This document shows positions 1 to 10,338 of a stretch of DNA of 64,000 nt, piece after piece. The stretch covers positions 4,530 to 68,529 of the forward strand of contig JAZRPG010000045.1 in assembly GCA_045649105.1 (NCBI GenBank), read 5' to 3'. The number at the start of each line of letters is the position of its first letter. The first letter of the stretch is position 1. The translations under genes were made by a program, and so were the position numbers. Under the pieces are notes generated by a model. That model had not been told where the DNA came from and made no database searches. It saw only the letters and a list, made by a program, of their open reading frames with translations. Source of the DNA: Eubacteriales bacterium (GTDB lineage: Bacteria; Bacillota; Clostridia; Oscillospirales; JAAYXM01).

Positions 1-84
1 TGCAAGCGTCTCTGTTACGGCCGCCTGCCCGATTACATCGACAAAGCTTTGCGGCCGCCATTTTCTGTACAGCGCCTGATACAT
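1..84 (-). CDS. dnaX: DNA polymerase III subunit gamma/tau, first 28 codons only (gene runs off the left edge)
   Basis: The reverse complement of 1-84 reads MYQALYRKWRPQSFVDVIGQAAVTETLA, the canonical DnaX N-terminus. A GAGG RBS lies about 9 nt upstream. It is absent from the ORF track because it is truncated. Confidence 0.8.
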   Translation of the reverse strand, partial: MYQALYRKWRPQSFVDVIGQAAVTETLA

Positions 85-112
85 TCTTTTCTACCTCTGT
101 TTTTTTGGCCCA

Positions 113-394
113 TCGCACGACCACACACCCTCTCTCTGACAGCAAAAGCATGTGCGGAATTCAACCGTCCGGCTCAAGACCGGCGCGCTCGCGGCACACA
201 CGGCAAACCGCTTAATGCTGCTCGGTTCCCCGCCTGACATGGTTCACGGCGCTATGCTGCGCGAGACCGATCTCTCAACACCTTCCGGCTGACCCTGCCA
301 CACGTTTTTGTGCCTCGGAGCGGGAATTCACCCCTGCTGTAGCGGATTGCAGGTACAGGGCACCGCTATCTCCCCGGCTAGTGCGGTCTTGCGA
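113..394 (-). ncRNA. ffs: Signal recognition particle RNA, long Bacillus-type (scRNA/ffs) with Alu domain
   Basis: The minus strand contains GUGAACCAUGUCAGGCGGGGAACCGAGCAGCAUUAAGCG, the domain IV symmetric/asymmetric loop region. It also contains GGGGAGAUAGCGGUGCCCUGUACCUGCAAUCCGCU, the 5' Alu-domain segment. Both are near-identical to B. subtilis scRNA as I recall it. The 5' UCGCAAGACCGCAC pairs with the 3' GUGUGGUCGUGCGA as a closing helix. The position immediately upstream of dnaX matches Bacillus. The ends are approximate. Confidence 0.85.
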
Positions 395-415
395 CAGGCC
401 AAAACTAATTTTTTA

Positions 416-445
416 TTTATAAAATCTTTATTCCTGCCCTTTCAA
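416..445 (-). promoter_or_regulatory. Candidate sigma-A promoter for SRP RNA (TTGAAA-18-TATAAA), embedded in the asnA 3' end
   Basis: -35 TTGAAA is at 440-445 (rc) and -10 TATAAA at 416-421 (rc). This places the TSS about 10-15 nt upstream of the predicted mature 5' end. Confidence 0.35.
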
Positions 446-1427
446 GGATTTCGACATCCTCTGCCGGCCATACCGATGACTGAACCTCGCCTATATGCGC
501 ACAGCCAAGCATAAACATACACAGGCGCGACTGGCCTATTCCTCCCCCGATTGTGTACGGGAGCTCACCGTTCATAAGTGCGCTCTGGAACGGAAGCAGG
601 AGCCTTTCCTCGCAGCCCTCTGAATGAAGCTGCTCTGCAAGCGCCTTTTCATCCACGCGGATACCCATTGAGGATATCTCAAACGCACAGTCAAGAAGCG
701 GATAATAGAGAATGATGTCTCCGTTAAGCGTCCAGTCGTCATAATCCGGCGCGCGGCCATCGTGCTTGCCGCCACTTTTTAGCCTCCCGCCTATCTGCGA
801 GATAAACACGGCGCCATGCTCACGCACGCATGCAAGCTCACGCTCACGCGACTTCAAATCAGGATACATTTCCTCAAGCTCGTATGTTGAGAAAAACGCT
901 ATCTTTTCAGGGAGCTTTTTCTCAGTTCCGAACATATCGGAGATTTCCGACTCCGTGTCACGGACTACATCATATATCTTGCGCACAATATCAAACAAAA
1001 ATTCCGTATTTCTGTCTGATTTATTTATGACGCGCTCCCAATCCCATTGGTCGACATATATTGAATGGAGATTATCCGTCGCCTCGTCACGCCGTATTGC
1101 ATTCATATCGGTATATAATCCCTCACCGACCTCAAAGCCGTATTTCTTAAGCGCAAGGCGCTTCCACTTTGCAAGTGAATGGACTATCTCATATGACGAG
1201 CCGGGCTGCTCTAACACATCAAACGCGACGGGGCGCTCAAACCCGTTCAAGTTGTCGTTAAGACCTGTGCTGCTCTCGACAAAGAGCGGCGCGCTGACGC
1301 GCTCGAGGCTGAGTGCCGCGGCAAGCTTCCGCTCAAACATGTCCTTTATTGCTTTTACGCCGCGCTCAGTCTCTCTTATTGTCATTTTTTTGATATAGCC
1401 CTCGGGCAATACAAGCTGTTCCTTCAT
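417..1427 (-). CDS. asnA: Aspartate--ammonia ligase (asparagine synthetase A)
   Basis: 336 aa. Strings SLAKWKR, DQWDWERVI and C-terminal GGGIGQSRLCMFML are typical of AsnA (class II aaRS-like fold). Confidence 0.9.
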   Translation of the reverse strand: MKEQLVLPEGYIKKMTIRETERGVKAIKDMFERKLAAALSLERVSAPLFVESSTGLNDNLNGFERPVAFDVLEQPGSSYEIVHSLAKWKRLALKKYGFEVGEGLYTDMNAIRRDEATDNLHSIYVDQWDWERVINKSDRNTEFLFDIVRKIYDVVRDTESEISDMFGTEKKLPEKIAFFSTYELEEMYPDLKSRERELACVREHGAVFISQIGGRLKSGGKHDGRAPDYDDWTLNGDIILYYPLLDCAFEISSMGIRVDEKALAEQLHSEGCEERLLLPFQSALMNGELPYTIGGGIGQSRLCMFMLGCAHIGEVQSSVWPAEDVEILERAGIKIL

Positions 1428-1438
1428 AACTGCGCCTC

Positions 1439-2773
1439 TTAATATTTTATAAGATATTTATCGATTTCCCATTCGTGAACCTTTGTGGTGTATTCACGCC
1501 ACTCGAGTTCCTTTGCCTCTATATACTTCTCGGATATATGCTTTCCTATTGTATCAAGCAAAAGCTTGTCGTTTTTAAACTCGTCTACCGCCTCAGCAAG
1601 GTTTTTCGGGAGTGAGCGGATTTTGCCTGACTTAAGCTCTTCCTCTGACATCTCGAATATATTTGCATCTACAGGTGCGGGCGGCTCAAGATGACGCTTT
1701 ATTCCGTCAAGCCCTGCCGCGAGCACTGCCGCAAACGCGAGATACGGATTTGCCGCAGGGTCAGGATTTCTGATTTCAATTCGCGTGCCCTCGCCCGATG
1801 CGGACGGAACGCGGATAAGCGGGCTTCTGTTCTTTGCCGACCATGCGATATATATCGGCGCTTCATAACCCGATACAAGGCGCTTGTATGAATTTACAAG
1901 CGGATTTGTAACTGCGCTCATACCGCTTGAGTGCTCAAGCACGCCTGCTATAAAGTGATATGCCTCACGGCTTAAGCCGAGCTCATCCTTCGGGTCGCAG
2001 AAGATATTCTTCCCGCCTGAGCTCAGGGATATATTTATATGCATTCCCGAGCCGCTTATTCCGAAAATCGGCTTCGGCATGAATGTCGCATGCAGTCCGT
2101 TCTTCTGTGCAATGGTCTTTACAAGAAGCTTGAAGGTGATTATATTATCCGCTGTCGAGAGTGCCTCGCCGTATTTGAAATCTATCTCGTGCTGACTGTC
2201 GGCAACCTCGTGATGCGCCGCCTCAATCTCAAAGCCCATCTCCTCAAGCGCCATGCACATTTCGCGGCGGATCCGCTCGTCAGTGTCAATGGGGCCGAGG
2301 TCAAAATACCCTGCCTCGTCATTTCTGATTGCAGTGGGCTTCCCTTCCTCGTCCGTCTTAAACAGGAAAAACTCAGCCTCGGGGCCTATGTTCACGGTAT
2401 ATCCCATATCTGCCGCATCGGCAAGAACGCGCTTGAGAACACCGCGCGGGTCACCGCTGAAAGGATTCCCGTTTGTATCGTATACATCGCATATGAGGCG
2501 GGCAACACGGCCGCCCTCATCATCTATCCACGGAAGAATTGCAAACGAATTAAGGTCAGGATGCAGATACATGTCCGACTCCTCTATGCGGACAAAGCCC
2601 TCGATTGACGAGCCGTCAAACATGCATTTATTATCGAGAGCGCGCGAAAGCTGCCGCTCCGTAATAGATATATTCTTCATCGCACCGAAAATATCGGTAA
2701 ACTGGAGGCGTATAAACCTTACATTTTCTTCTTTAACTATTCTCTCTATGTCTTTACGCGTATAACCTGCCAT
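1439..2773 (-). CDS. glnA: Glutamine synthetase, type I
   Basis: 444 aa. It has N-terminal [11 protein letters not shown], catalytic-region [10 protein letters not shown], and NRSPLIRVP and NPYLAFA motifs. Confidence 0.93.
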   Translation of the reverse strand: MAGYTRKDIERIVKEENVRFIRLQFTDIFGAMKNISITERQLSRALDNKCMFDGSSIEGFVRIEESDMYLHPDLNSFAILPWIDDEGGRVARLICDVYDTNGNPFSGDPRGVLKRVLADAADMGYTVNIGPEAEFFLFKTDEEGKPTAIRNDEAGYFDLGPIDTDERIRREMCMALEEMGFEIEAAHHEVADSQHEIDFKYGEALSTADNIITFKLLVKTIAQKNGLHATFMPKPIFGISGSGMHINISLSSGGKNIFCDPKDELGLSREAYHFIAGVLEHSSGMSAVTNPLVNSYKRLVSGYEAPIYIAWSAKNRSPLIRVPSASGEGTRIEIRNPDPAANPYLAFAAVLAAGLDGIKRHLEPPAPVDANIFEMSEEELKSGKIRSLPKNLAEAVDEFKNDKLLLDTIGKHISEKYIEAKELEWREYTTKVHEWEIDKYLIKY

Positions 2774-2809
2774 ATTTTTCCGCCACCTTTACATATCCTT
2801 AATTAAGTA

Positions 2810-2838
2810 ATTTTACCATGTATCATGCAACTTTTCAA
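2810..2838 (-). promoter_or_regulatory. Candidate sigma-A promoter for glnA-asnA (TTGAAA-17-TAAAAT)
   Basis: -35 is at 2833-2838 (rc) and -10 at 2810-2815 (rc). It overlaps the stop region of the upstream radical SAM gene. Confidence 0.45.
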
Positions 2839-3851
2839 GTGCGAATTTGCCCGTCAACAACAACGCGGACCTCACCGTCACGAATTTCCGCATCGCCGCG
2901 TATCTTAAGGCTCGTCATTCCGTATTCTTTCTCAAGCAATATGCGATTCTTCCGCCCATGCCCCACCATCGCGGAGACGCGGTTCGGGCTTACAAATATT
3001 TCTGCGTTTCCGCTGCACCTTCCCGTGCCGAGCGCTTTCCTTGCAAGCTTTAAATACCGCGCCGACTGCGCAAGCTCGCCGAGGGCGGGATGATACGCCC
3101 CTGCGAGCGCATCGCCTCCGCTTAAGTCATCCGTCGGGTTAAGCCCAAACCTTATTACCGGAATTTTCGCCCCGGCAAAAATCTCAAGAAGCTCACCGCC
3201 GAGAGACGCCGCTTCCTCAACCGACATCGGTCTGTACTCTCCGCCTCTCCACATACGCTCAAGCTCTGTATCGCGTATCACGACCACGGGGTATATCCTC
3301 ACGCCGTCCGGCTTTAAAGCGCAGAGGCGCCTTGCCGTTTCTCTGTCATCATCTGCAGACGAGCCGGGAAGACCTGCCATCATCTGAAGAATAAGCTCAA
3401 AGCCATACTCTTTAACAAGCTCTGCCGCCCGTACTGCATCTTCTGCAGTATGCCCGCGGCCGGACTTTTCAAGCACCGAATCTGACATTGACTGTACGCC
3501 GAGTTCAACCGTCCTCACGCCGTATTCCGAAAGCAGGGAAAGTATTTGGCGGTCAATACAGTCAGGCCGCGTGGAAAGGCGTATTCCGCTTACCTTGCCC
3601 GAACGAACAAACTCCTCTGCGGCACCGAGGTATTGTCGCATAAGTTTGTCTGAAAGCGCAGTAAAACTCCCCCCGTAAAATGCTACGACAGGAGTTTCTC
3701 TTCCCGTATTTTCAAGCGCTGTGCGGATTATATCCGCGACCTCATCTGCCTTCGGTGCGCGAATTGTACTTGCAATCCGTTTCTGATTACAGAACACGCA
3801 GTCGTGCGGACAGCCGACATGCGGTATAAAAACCGGTATTATTGAGCTCAT
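2835..3851 (-). CDS. Radical SAM protein (ELP3-like N-terminal radical SAM domain family)
   Basis: 338 aa. The CPHDCVFC motif (CxxxCxxC) is at residues 14-21. Its start overlaps the rnc stop by 4 nt. Confidence 0.8.
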   Translation of the reverse strand: MSSIIPVFIPHVGCPHDCVFCNQKRIASTIRAPKADEVADIIRTALENTGRETPVVAFYGGSFTALSDKLMRQYLGAAEEFVRSGKVSGIRLSTRPDCIDRQILSLLSEYGVRTVELGVQSMSDSVLEKSGRGHTAEDAVRAAELVKEYGFELILQMMAGLPGSSADDDRETARRLCALKPDGVRIYPVVVIRDTELERMWRGGEYRPMSVEEAASLGGELLEIFAGAKIPVIRFGLNPTDDLSGGDALAGAYHPALGELAQSARYLKLARKALGTGRCSGNAEIFVSPNRVSAMVGHGRKNRILLEKEYGMTSLKIRGDAEIRDGEVRVVVDGQIRT

Positions 3852-4567
3852 GCGTCTACATCCATTCCCATAAGCTTAAGAGCCTCACGGGCTGCCATCT
3901 GTTCCGCCTCTTTTTTGCTGTGACCGCTTCCGCAACCGACGGAGTTGCTGTTTATCAGAACCTCAACCGTGAAGCTTCGCTCATGGTCCGGCCCGTTCGA
4001 TTCAAGCACACGGTACGACAGCTTCTCACCGCGGTTTTTCTGAACTATCTCCTGCAGCGTGGTCTTATAGTCCATAACGGCACGGTCTCCGGCGCTGAGG
4101 TTTGAGAGTACAAATTTTTTTATGAACTCGCCCGCTGCGGCCTCTCCCGAATCTATATATATCGCGCCGATTACCGCCTCAAAAGCGTCAGCAAGAATTG
4201 ACTCACGCTCGCGGCCTCCGCCGCTTTCCTCACCATGGCCGAGGCGGAGATGTGCGCCGAGGTTTATGCTCTTTGCCCTTGCGCATAATGCGCCTGCGCA
4301 CACGAGAGATGCGCGCATCTTTGTAAGCTCTCCTTCAGGCTCATCAGGATACTTTTTAAAAAGGTACAGTGCCGTAACCATACCGAGAACCGAATCGCCC
4401 AGAAACTCAAGCCGCTCATTATCGTATATTTTGTCTGCCCTGTTCTCATTTGCAAATGAGCTGTGCGTCAGAGCGCGCTGAAGAAGCGCTATATTCTTGA
4501 ATTTATATCCTATCTTCTTTTGAAACGCATCAATCCCACGAACAGGACTCGGCGACGCCTTACTCAC
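3848..4567 (-). CDS. rnc: Ribonuclease III
   Basis: 239 aa. It carries the ERLEFLGDSVLG signature and a C-terminal dsRNA-binding domain (GSGHSKKEAEQMAAREAL). Confidence 0.95.
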   Translation of the reverse strand: MSKASPSPVRGIDAFQKKIGYKFKNIALLQRALTHSSFANENRADKIYDNERLEFLGDSVLGMVTALYLFKKYPDEPEGELTKMRASLVCAGALCARAKSINLGAHLRLGHGEESGGGRERESILADAFEAVIGAIYIDSGEAAAGEFIKKFVLSNLSAGDRAVMDYKTTLQEIVQKNRGEKLSYRVLESNGPDHERSFTVEVLINSNSVGCGSGHSKKEAEQMAAREALKLMGMDVDA

Positions 4568-5603
4568 CGCGCGACGCCTCCCCTCCGGAAAAGTTATGCG
4601 ATATTTTTAAAGTCATGCCCGAATTGACATAGTCTATCGCCTGAACGATGCAGTTGCCTATTGCAACGGACGATGCGGAGCCGTGTGCCTTTATAACAGG
4701 CGCTTTTACGCCGAGAAGCGGCGCGCCGCCTGCCTCGTTATAGTCCATCTTGCGCTTAAACTCACGCACGCCGTTTCTTACCATAAACGCGGACAGCTTC
4801 GCCCGCTTTGATATCATAAATATCTTCTTGAGCTCCTTGGCGAAGGAAAGCCCCACGCCCTCCATCGTCTTTAAAAACACATTGCCGCTGAATCCGTCGG
4901 CAACTATGACATCAACACGCCCGAGAGGTGCGTCGCGCCCCTCAATATTTCCGATAAAATTAATGAGCCCGTCCTCGCCCGCTTTTTTCAGAAGCTTATA
5001 TGCCTCGCGGTGGACCTCATCGCCCTTGTGCTCCTCCGTGCCGTTATTTAAAAGACCTACTCTGGGCAAGGTCACCCCGAGCGCATGCTCCGTATAGAAT
5101 GCGCCCATAAGCGCAAATTGCAGCAAGCATTCAGGCGTGCACTCAACATTTGCTCCGCTGTCTATAAGAAGTGCAAAGCCATCAGTTGTCGGAATAACGG
5201 GCGCAAGCGCCGCGCGGCGGACGCCCTTTATGCGCTTTAAGATAAGAGTTGCCTGTGTAAGAAGAGCGCCTGTGTTCCCTGCGGATACAAGCGCATCACC
5301 GCCGCCTTCCGCAAGAAGGCGCATTGCAACAGTCATTGATGAATCCGGCTTCTCCTTCATTACACGCAAGGGGTCATCATTCATATCTACCGTTTCAGAC
5401 GCATTTACAATCGTTATATTCTTTAAACATTCTCCGTCAGGATCCTCCTCGCGCAGAAGTGCTGAAAGCTCCTCCTCAAGTCCGACGAGCACAACATCGA
5501 CATCGAGCTCGTCAACAGCGGCAACTGAAGCCTTTACAAACTCACGCGCGCCTCTGTCACTGCCCATCGCATCTAAAATTATCCTCATCACTTCAAACCC
5601 CAT
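4560..5603 (-). CDS. plsX: Phosphate acyltransferase PlsX
   Basis: 347 aa with LDAMGSD and VSAGNTGAL motifs. An alternative start is at 5588 (MRIILDAMG). Confidence 0.93.
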   Translation of the reverse strand: MGFEVMRIILDAMGSDRGAREFVKASVAAVDELDVDVVLVGLEEELSALLREEDPDGECLKNITIVNASETVDMNDDPLRVMKEKPDSSMTVAMRLLAEGGGDALVSAGNTGALLTQATLILKRIKGVRRAALAPVIPTTDGFALLIDSGANVECTPECLLQFALMGAFYTEHALGVTLPRVGLLNNGTEEHKGDEVHREAYKLLKKAGEDGLINFIGNIEGRDAPLGRVDVIVADGFSGNVFLKTMEGVGLSFAKELKKIFMISKRAKLSAFMVRNGVREFKRKMDYNEAGGAPLLGVKAPVIKAHGSASSVAIGNCIVQAIDYVNSGMTLKISHNFSGGEASRGE

Positions 5604-5604
5604 T

Positions 5605-6912
5605 TCATATTTCGGACGCTATTTTGTCCACTATTTCAAGTGACCGCTCTGCAATTTTAGCATTCTTTTCTTTCTTGCCCTTTATTTTTACTCCCAGCGG
5701 CGTCATTATGCCGAAATTTATATTCATCGGCTGGAAATCGCCGATGCTTCCGCTGCTCACATACTGCGAAAGTGCGCCTATCGCCGTCTTTTGGGAAAAC
5801 TCAGGCCGCTTAATTCCGTTTAGCTTTAATGCAAGCGAAAGCCCTGCCATGAGTCCCGACGAGGCGGATTCAACATACCCTTCAACACCTGTCATCTGTC
5901 CTGCAAAATAAAGCTCCGGCTCATTTATCAGCGAATAATCGGTATCAAGAAGCCCGGGGGACTTTATATATGTGTTCCTGTGCATTACTCCGTAGCGCAC
6001 AAATTCCGCATTTTCAAGACCGGGTATCATGGAAAATACTCTCTTCTGCTCGCCGAATTTAAGATGTGTCTGAAACCCGACTATATTGTAAAGCGTGCCC
6101 TCCCTGTTATCGCGACGGAGCTGAACAACGGCAAACGGTGTCTTTCCCGTCTTCGGGTCGCGCAGTCCCACGGGCTTGAGCGGGCCGTAGCACAGTGTGT
6201 CACGACCGCGGCGTGCCATAACCTCAACCGGCATGCACCCCTCAAATATGCCGCCGTCATCAAAGCCGTGCACCTCTGCCTCCTCGGCAGAAATGAGCGC
6301 CTCATAAAACGCGTTGTATTCTTCCTCCGTCATCGGACAATTTATATAATCCGCCGTGCCCTTGTCATAGCGCGATTTAAAATACGCGCGGCTCATATCT
6401 ATACTCTCCGCCGTTACAATCGGCGCTGCGGCATCATAAAACCCGAGATACGGCGCGCCGCCGAGGTGTTCTCTTATCGATTCCGAAAGCGGCTCCGTCG
6501 TGAGCGGGCCTGTCGCCACTATCAGCGGTCTCTCCTCGGGAAGGCTCGTTATCTCACGGCATACAACCTCAATATTCGGATGATTCTTTATCCGCTCAGT
6601 AATAAATGCAGAAAAGCGCTCGCGGTCAACGGCAAGGGCTCCCCCGGCCTCAACACGCGTCGCGTCCGCTGCCTGCATAATAAGCGAGCCCAGACGGCGC
6701 ATTTCCTCCTTGAGAAGCCCGACAGCGTTCTCTACAGCCGCCGCACGAAGCGAGTTTGAGCAAACAAGCTCCGAAAACTTCTCCGAGCTGTGCGCAGGAG
6801 ACATCTTTTGCGGCTTCATCTCAAAAAGCGAAACAGAAATCCCGCGCTCGGCAAGCTGCCACGCAGCCTCGCAACCCGCAAGACCTGCTCCCAAAACATA
6901 TGCATTACTCAC
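5605..6912 (-). CDS. trmFO: Methylenetetrahydrofolate--tRNA-(uracil-5)-methyltransferase TrmFO
   Basis: 435 aa with an FAD-binding [14 protein letters not shown] motif and [16 protein letters not shown]. The start lies 8 nt inside the topA tail. Confidence 0.93.
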   Translation of the reverse strand: MSNAYVLGAGLAGCEAAWQLAERGISVSLFEMKPQKMSPAHSSEKFSELVCSNSLRAAAVENAVGLLKEEMRRLGSLIMQAADATRVEAGGALAVDRERFSAFITERIKNHPNIEVVCREITSLPEERPLIVATGPLTTEPLSESIREHLGGAPYLGFYDAAAPIVTAESIDMSRAYFKSRYDKGTADYINCPMTEEEYNAFYEALISAEEAEVHGFDDGGIFEGCMPVEVMARRGRDTLCYGPLKPVGLRDPKTGKTPFAVVQLRRDNREGTLYNIVGFQTHLKFGEQKRVFSMIPGLENAEFVRYGVMHRNTYIKSPGLLDTDYSLINEPELYFAGQMTGVEGYVESASSGLMAGLSLALKLNGIKRPEFSQKTAIGALSQYVSSGSIGDFQPMNINFGIMTPLGVKIKGKKEKNAKIAERSLEIVDKIASEI

Positions 6913-9124
6913 TTTTTTTCTTCCCCGATGCAGACTTCTTTTTTTCGGTTTTCTTTGCTGCTGTCTTTTTTGTTGCGGCCTTTTTCACAGTCTTCTTTTC
7001 CTTGCTTTTTTCAGCCGCTTCCTTCTTATTTTCCTGCGGCTCGTACTTTTCGCATTCAGGATTTGCGCAGAAAAGCTTTTTAGACCCGCGCCCCGAGCGC
7101 TTATACATAGTCTTGCCGCAGCTCTCGCAGCGCTCCTTCTGAGGTACATCCCATGTCATAAATGTACATTCGGGGAACTTTTCGCACCCGTAATATGCAT
7201 ATCCGTTCTTTGACTTCTTTTTAAGTATCTCTCCGCCGCACTTCGGGCACTCTCCCGGCGTTTTTTCAACTATTGCCTTTGTGTTTTTACAATCGGGGAA
7301 ACCCGGGCACGCAAGGAATTTTCCGAAACGGCCTGACTTTATTACCATGTTTTTGCCGCACAGCTCGCATACAATGTCCGTCACCTCGTCAGGCACCTTA
7401 AGCCGCTTGCCGTCAAGCGCCTGCTCCGCCTCCCGAAGCTCCTTTTCAAACGGGCCGTAAAAATCGGCAAGAGTACCCTTCCAATCTCTGTTTCCCGCCT
7501 CGACCTCGTCAAGCTGCTCCTCCATATGTGCGGTGAATTCAACATCTATAATATCCTTAAACTGCTCCATCATAAGCCCGTTTACGACCTCGCCAAGAGG
7601 TGTCGGACGGAGACTCTTTCCTTCTTTTATGACATATTCGCGCTCAAGTATCGTCGAAATCGTCGGTGCATAGGTACTCGGGCGGCCGACGCCCTTTTCC
7701 TCCATTGCTTTAATCAGGCTTCCGTCCGTATAGCGTGCAGGCGGTGCGGTAAAGTGCTGCTCACTCGTCTGCCCCTCAAATTTGAGCTTTTCATTCTCAT
7801 ACAGGTCAGGAAGTGTTCCTACCTGCTCCTCAGCCTCTGCCGCTGCATCGGAATACACCGCCGTATATCCCTTGAATGCAATTTTTGAGCTTGTCGCCCT
7901 GAAGATATACTCATCTGCCGCAACATCTACGCTCATAGTGTCATACACGGCATTTTCCATCTGACACGCGACAAAGCGCGACCAGATGATGCGATAGAGC
8001 TTAAACTGCTCCGTTGTCAGGCTCTCTTTTATCTTTTCGGGAGTGAGGCTGACATATGTCGGGCGTATTGCCTCGTGCGCATCCTGGGCACTCTTTTTCG
8101 TCTTGAATACGCGGCGCGATTTCGGAAGAAATTCCTCTCCGTATGTGTCTGTGATATAGTTTCTGACATCATAAATAGCTTCGTCTGCAAGGCGAAGCGA
8201 GTCTGTTCTCATATATGTTATAAGACCCGTTGAGCCCATGCCCTCAATTTCGACACCCTCGTAAAGCTGCTGTGCTATTGCCATTGTGCGGCTCGGCGAC
8301 ATACCAAAGCGGCGCGACGCCTCCTGCTGAAGTGTAGATGTGATAAACGGCGGCACGGGAGACTTCTGCTTTTTGCCCTTCTTTATGGTTTTTACAAAGA
8401 AATCCGCGTCTTCTATTTTGCTTATTATAGCGTCCGTTTCCTCGGCATTTGCAGGCTCTTTTTTTCCTGCCTCCGTACCGTAAAACTTCGCAGTGAATTT
8501 CCCCTTTTCAGGTGCAATGCGCGAGAAATCAGCCATGATAGACCAGAACTCCCGAGGCTCAAACTCGCGTATTTCATTTTCGCGGTCGATTACAAGACGC
8601 GTTGCAACAGACTGGACTCGCCCTGCAGAAAGACCGTACCGCACCTTTTTCCAGAGAAGGGGCGAAAGCTTATATCCGACTATTCTGTCGAGCAGTCTGC
8701 GCGCCTGCTGCGCATTTACAAGGTTTTCATCTATATCACGGGGTTTTTCTATACCCTCGCATATTGCCTTTTTTGTAATCTCATTAAAGGTAACGCGTTT
8801 TGTTTTCTTCTCATCAAGACCGAGAAGTTCCTTTAAGTGCCATGATATTGCCTCTCCCTCGCGGTCAGGGTCTGTTGCGAGAAATACCGCTTCACTCTCC
8901 GCGGCGAGGCTTTTAAGCTCCTTTATGAGTGCGCTTTTGCCGCGGATTGCAACATAACGCGGAACAAAGCCCGCATCAATATCAACGCCGAGCTCGCTTT
9001 TCGGAAGATCACGCAGATGCCCCATTGAGGCCTTTACCTTATATTTGCTGCCGAGATGCTTGCCTATTGTCTTCACCTTTGTCGGCGACTCAACTATTAC
9101 AAGATATGACATACATTGCTCCAT
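6905..9124 (-). CDS. topA: DNA topoisomerase I, with three C4 zinc ribbons and a Lys-rich C-terminal tail
   Basis: 739 aa. It has a Toprim N-terminus ([15 protein letters not shown]) and zinc ribbons [24 protein letters not shown] and CESCG..CANPEC. A better RBS (GGAG, 6 nt spacing) supports the in-frame ATG at 9112 (MSYLVIVE). Confidence 0.95.
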   Translation of the reverse strand: MEQCMSYLVIVESPTKVKTIGKHLGSKYKVKASMGHLRDLPKSELGVDIDAGFVPRYVAIRGKSALIKELKSLAAESEAVFLATDPDREGEAISWHLKELLGLDEKKTKRVTFNEITKKAICEGIEKPRDIDENLVNAQQARRLLDRIVGYKLSPLLWKKVRYGLSAGRVQSVATRLVIDRENEIREFEPREFWSIMADFSRIAPEKGKFTAKFYGTEAGKKEPANAEETDAIISKIEDADFFVKTIKKGKKQKSPVPPFITSTLQQEASRRFGMSPSRTMAIAQQLYEGVEIEGMGSTGLITYMRTDSLRLADEAIYDVRNYITDTYGEEFLPKSRRVFKTKKSAQDAHEAIRPTYVSLTPEKIKESLTTEQFKLYRIIWSRFVACQMENAVYDTMSVDVAADEYIFRATSSKIAFKGYTAVYSDAAAEAEEQVGTLPDLYENEKLKFEGQTSEQHFTAPPARYTDGSLIKAMEEKGVGRPSTYAPTISTILEREYVIKEGKSLRPTPLGEVVNGLMMEQFKDIIDVEFTAHMEEQLDEVEAGNRDWKGTLADFYGPFEKELREAEQALDGKRLKVPDEVTDIVCELCGKNMVIKSGRFGKFLACPGFPDCKNTKAIVEKTPGECPKCGGEILKKKSKNGYAYYGCEKFPECTFMTWDVPQKERCESCGKTMYKRSGRGSKKLFCANPECEKYEPQENKKEAAEKSKEKKTVKKAATKKTAAKKTEKKKSASGKKKSE

Positions 9125-9168
9125 TTCTGCCGCCTGTGCGGCGAGGTATAGATGATTATCTTCTTTGC

Positions 9169-10326
9169 CTACGGCTCACGGTTAAGGCAAAATCTGCTCC
9201 CTGCCTGCTGTCTTACATGTCCGCCTATCTCAAGAAGCGTCAGAAGCGACAGCACCTTTTGCAGCGTAAAGCCTGATTTTGCGGCTATTTCATCAGCTCG
9301 CAGTGTTTCTCCGCCTATTGCGGAAATGATTTTTCTCTCATTTTCCTCAAACTTTGCAAGATATTCCTGCGGAGGCTCCTTTTCTTTTATCTCCTTTTGC
9401 ACGGTACGGGGCTCCGTTTTCTCTATGCTTGCGCGTAAGTTTATTCTGTGCGGCAGAATATCTGCATACTCGGAGAGTATATCACGCCCCGACATTACCG
9501 GGTGTGCGCCTTCGCATATAAGCCTGTTTGACCCCTCGCTTGATTCCGAAAATATGCTCCCCATGACAGCAAAGACATCTCTGCCCTGCTCAAGAGCAAG
9601 CCCCGCAGTAATCAGCGCACCGCTCTTTGCCGGCGCCTCCGCGACAAGAGTGCCGAGAGATATGCCGCTTATCACTCTGTTTCTCCGCGGAAAGTTCATG
9701 CGCTGCGGCCCTGTTCCCGGAGGGAATTCCGAAATCACCATGCCGTTATATATTATTGCTTCAAACAGCTTTTTATTTTCTCTCGGATAACACACATCAA
9801 CGCCGCAGCCGAGGACTGCAACAGTCTTTCCGCCTGCATTAATCGCGCTCATGTGCGCAACTGTATCTATTCCTCTTGCGAGGCCTGAAACCACAAGTCC
9901 TCCGCCGGCCGCAATCTCGGAAGAAATCTTTTCTGCCGCGCGGAGACCGTAATTCGTCGCTTCTCTTGTCCCCACTACTGCAATTGCCGCCTCATCATCT
10001 ATATCAATATCCATACCGCGCGCATAAATCACGGGCGGAGGCATGGATATCTGCTTCAATCTGTCAGGATATGCGACATCCTGCATCGTTATTATGCGTA
10101 TTCTCTTTTTTATACACTCATCAATTATCTTCTCCGCGCGGTCAAGCCTCTTGTCGGTAAGATAACTTATGTCATACTCCGAGATGATATCAATCTCCCG
10201 ATACTCCTGCTCTGTTGCGGCATACACTTTCTCTGCCGAGCCAAAGTGCGAAAGAAGCGCTTTCGTCTTTCCCGTACTGTTCCCTCCGCACAAAGCAAGC
10301 CAAACCCATGTTTTTAGAGAGGACAT
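9169..10326 (-). CDS. dprA: DNA-processing protein DprA (Smf)
   Basis: 385 aa with the Rossmann-like core GLARGIDTVAH and a C-terminal winged-helix-like extension. Confidence 0.9.
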   Translation of the reverse strand: MSSLKTWVWLALCGGNSTGKTKALLSHFGSAEKVYAATEQEYREIDIISEYDISYLTDKRLDRAEKIIDECIKKRIRIITMQDVAYPDRLKQISMPPPVIYARGMDIDIDDEAAIAVVGTREATNYGLRAAEKISSEIAAGGGLVVSGLARGIDTVAHMSAINAGGKTVAVLGCGVDVCYPRENKKLFEAIIYNGMVISEFPPGTGPQRMNFPRRNRVISGISLGTLVAEAPAKSGALITAGLALEQGRDVFAVMGSIFSESSEGSNRLICEGAHPVMSGRDILSEYADILPHRINLRASIEKTEPRTVQKEIKEKEPPQEYLAKFEENERKIISAIGGETLRADEIAAKSGFTLQKVLSLLTLLEIGGHVRQQAGSRFCLNREP

Positions 10327-10338
10327 ACCAAAAAGACA

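Noticed and set aside
766-1398. 210-aa plus-strand ORF, plus similar long ORFs antisense to recognised genes elsewhere (for example 2039-2608, 2253-2765, 5137-5643, 9152-9790, 21024-21764, 34365-34868).
   Set aside because: Each lies entirely opposite a confidently identified housekeeping gene. Each has Ser/Arg/Pro-rich low-complexity composition typical of antisense frames in mid/high-GC DNA. None has a convincing RBS.
6905-7140. Conspicuous T-rich, quasi-repetitive plus-strand stretch that looks like a simple repeat.
   Set aside because: It is the antisense image of the Lys-rich (AAA/AAG) C-terminal tail of TopA. It is not a repeat element or a CRISPR-like array.
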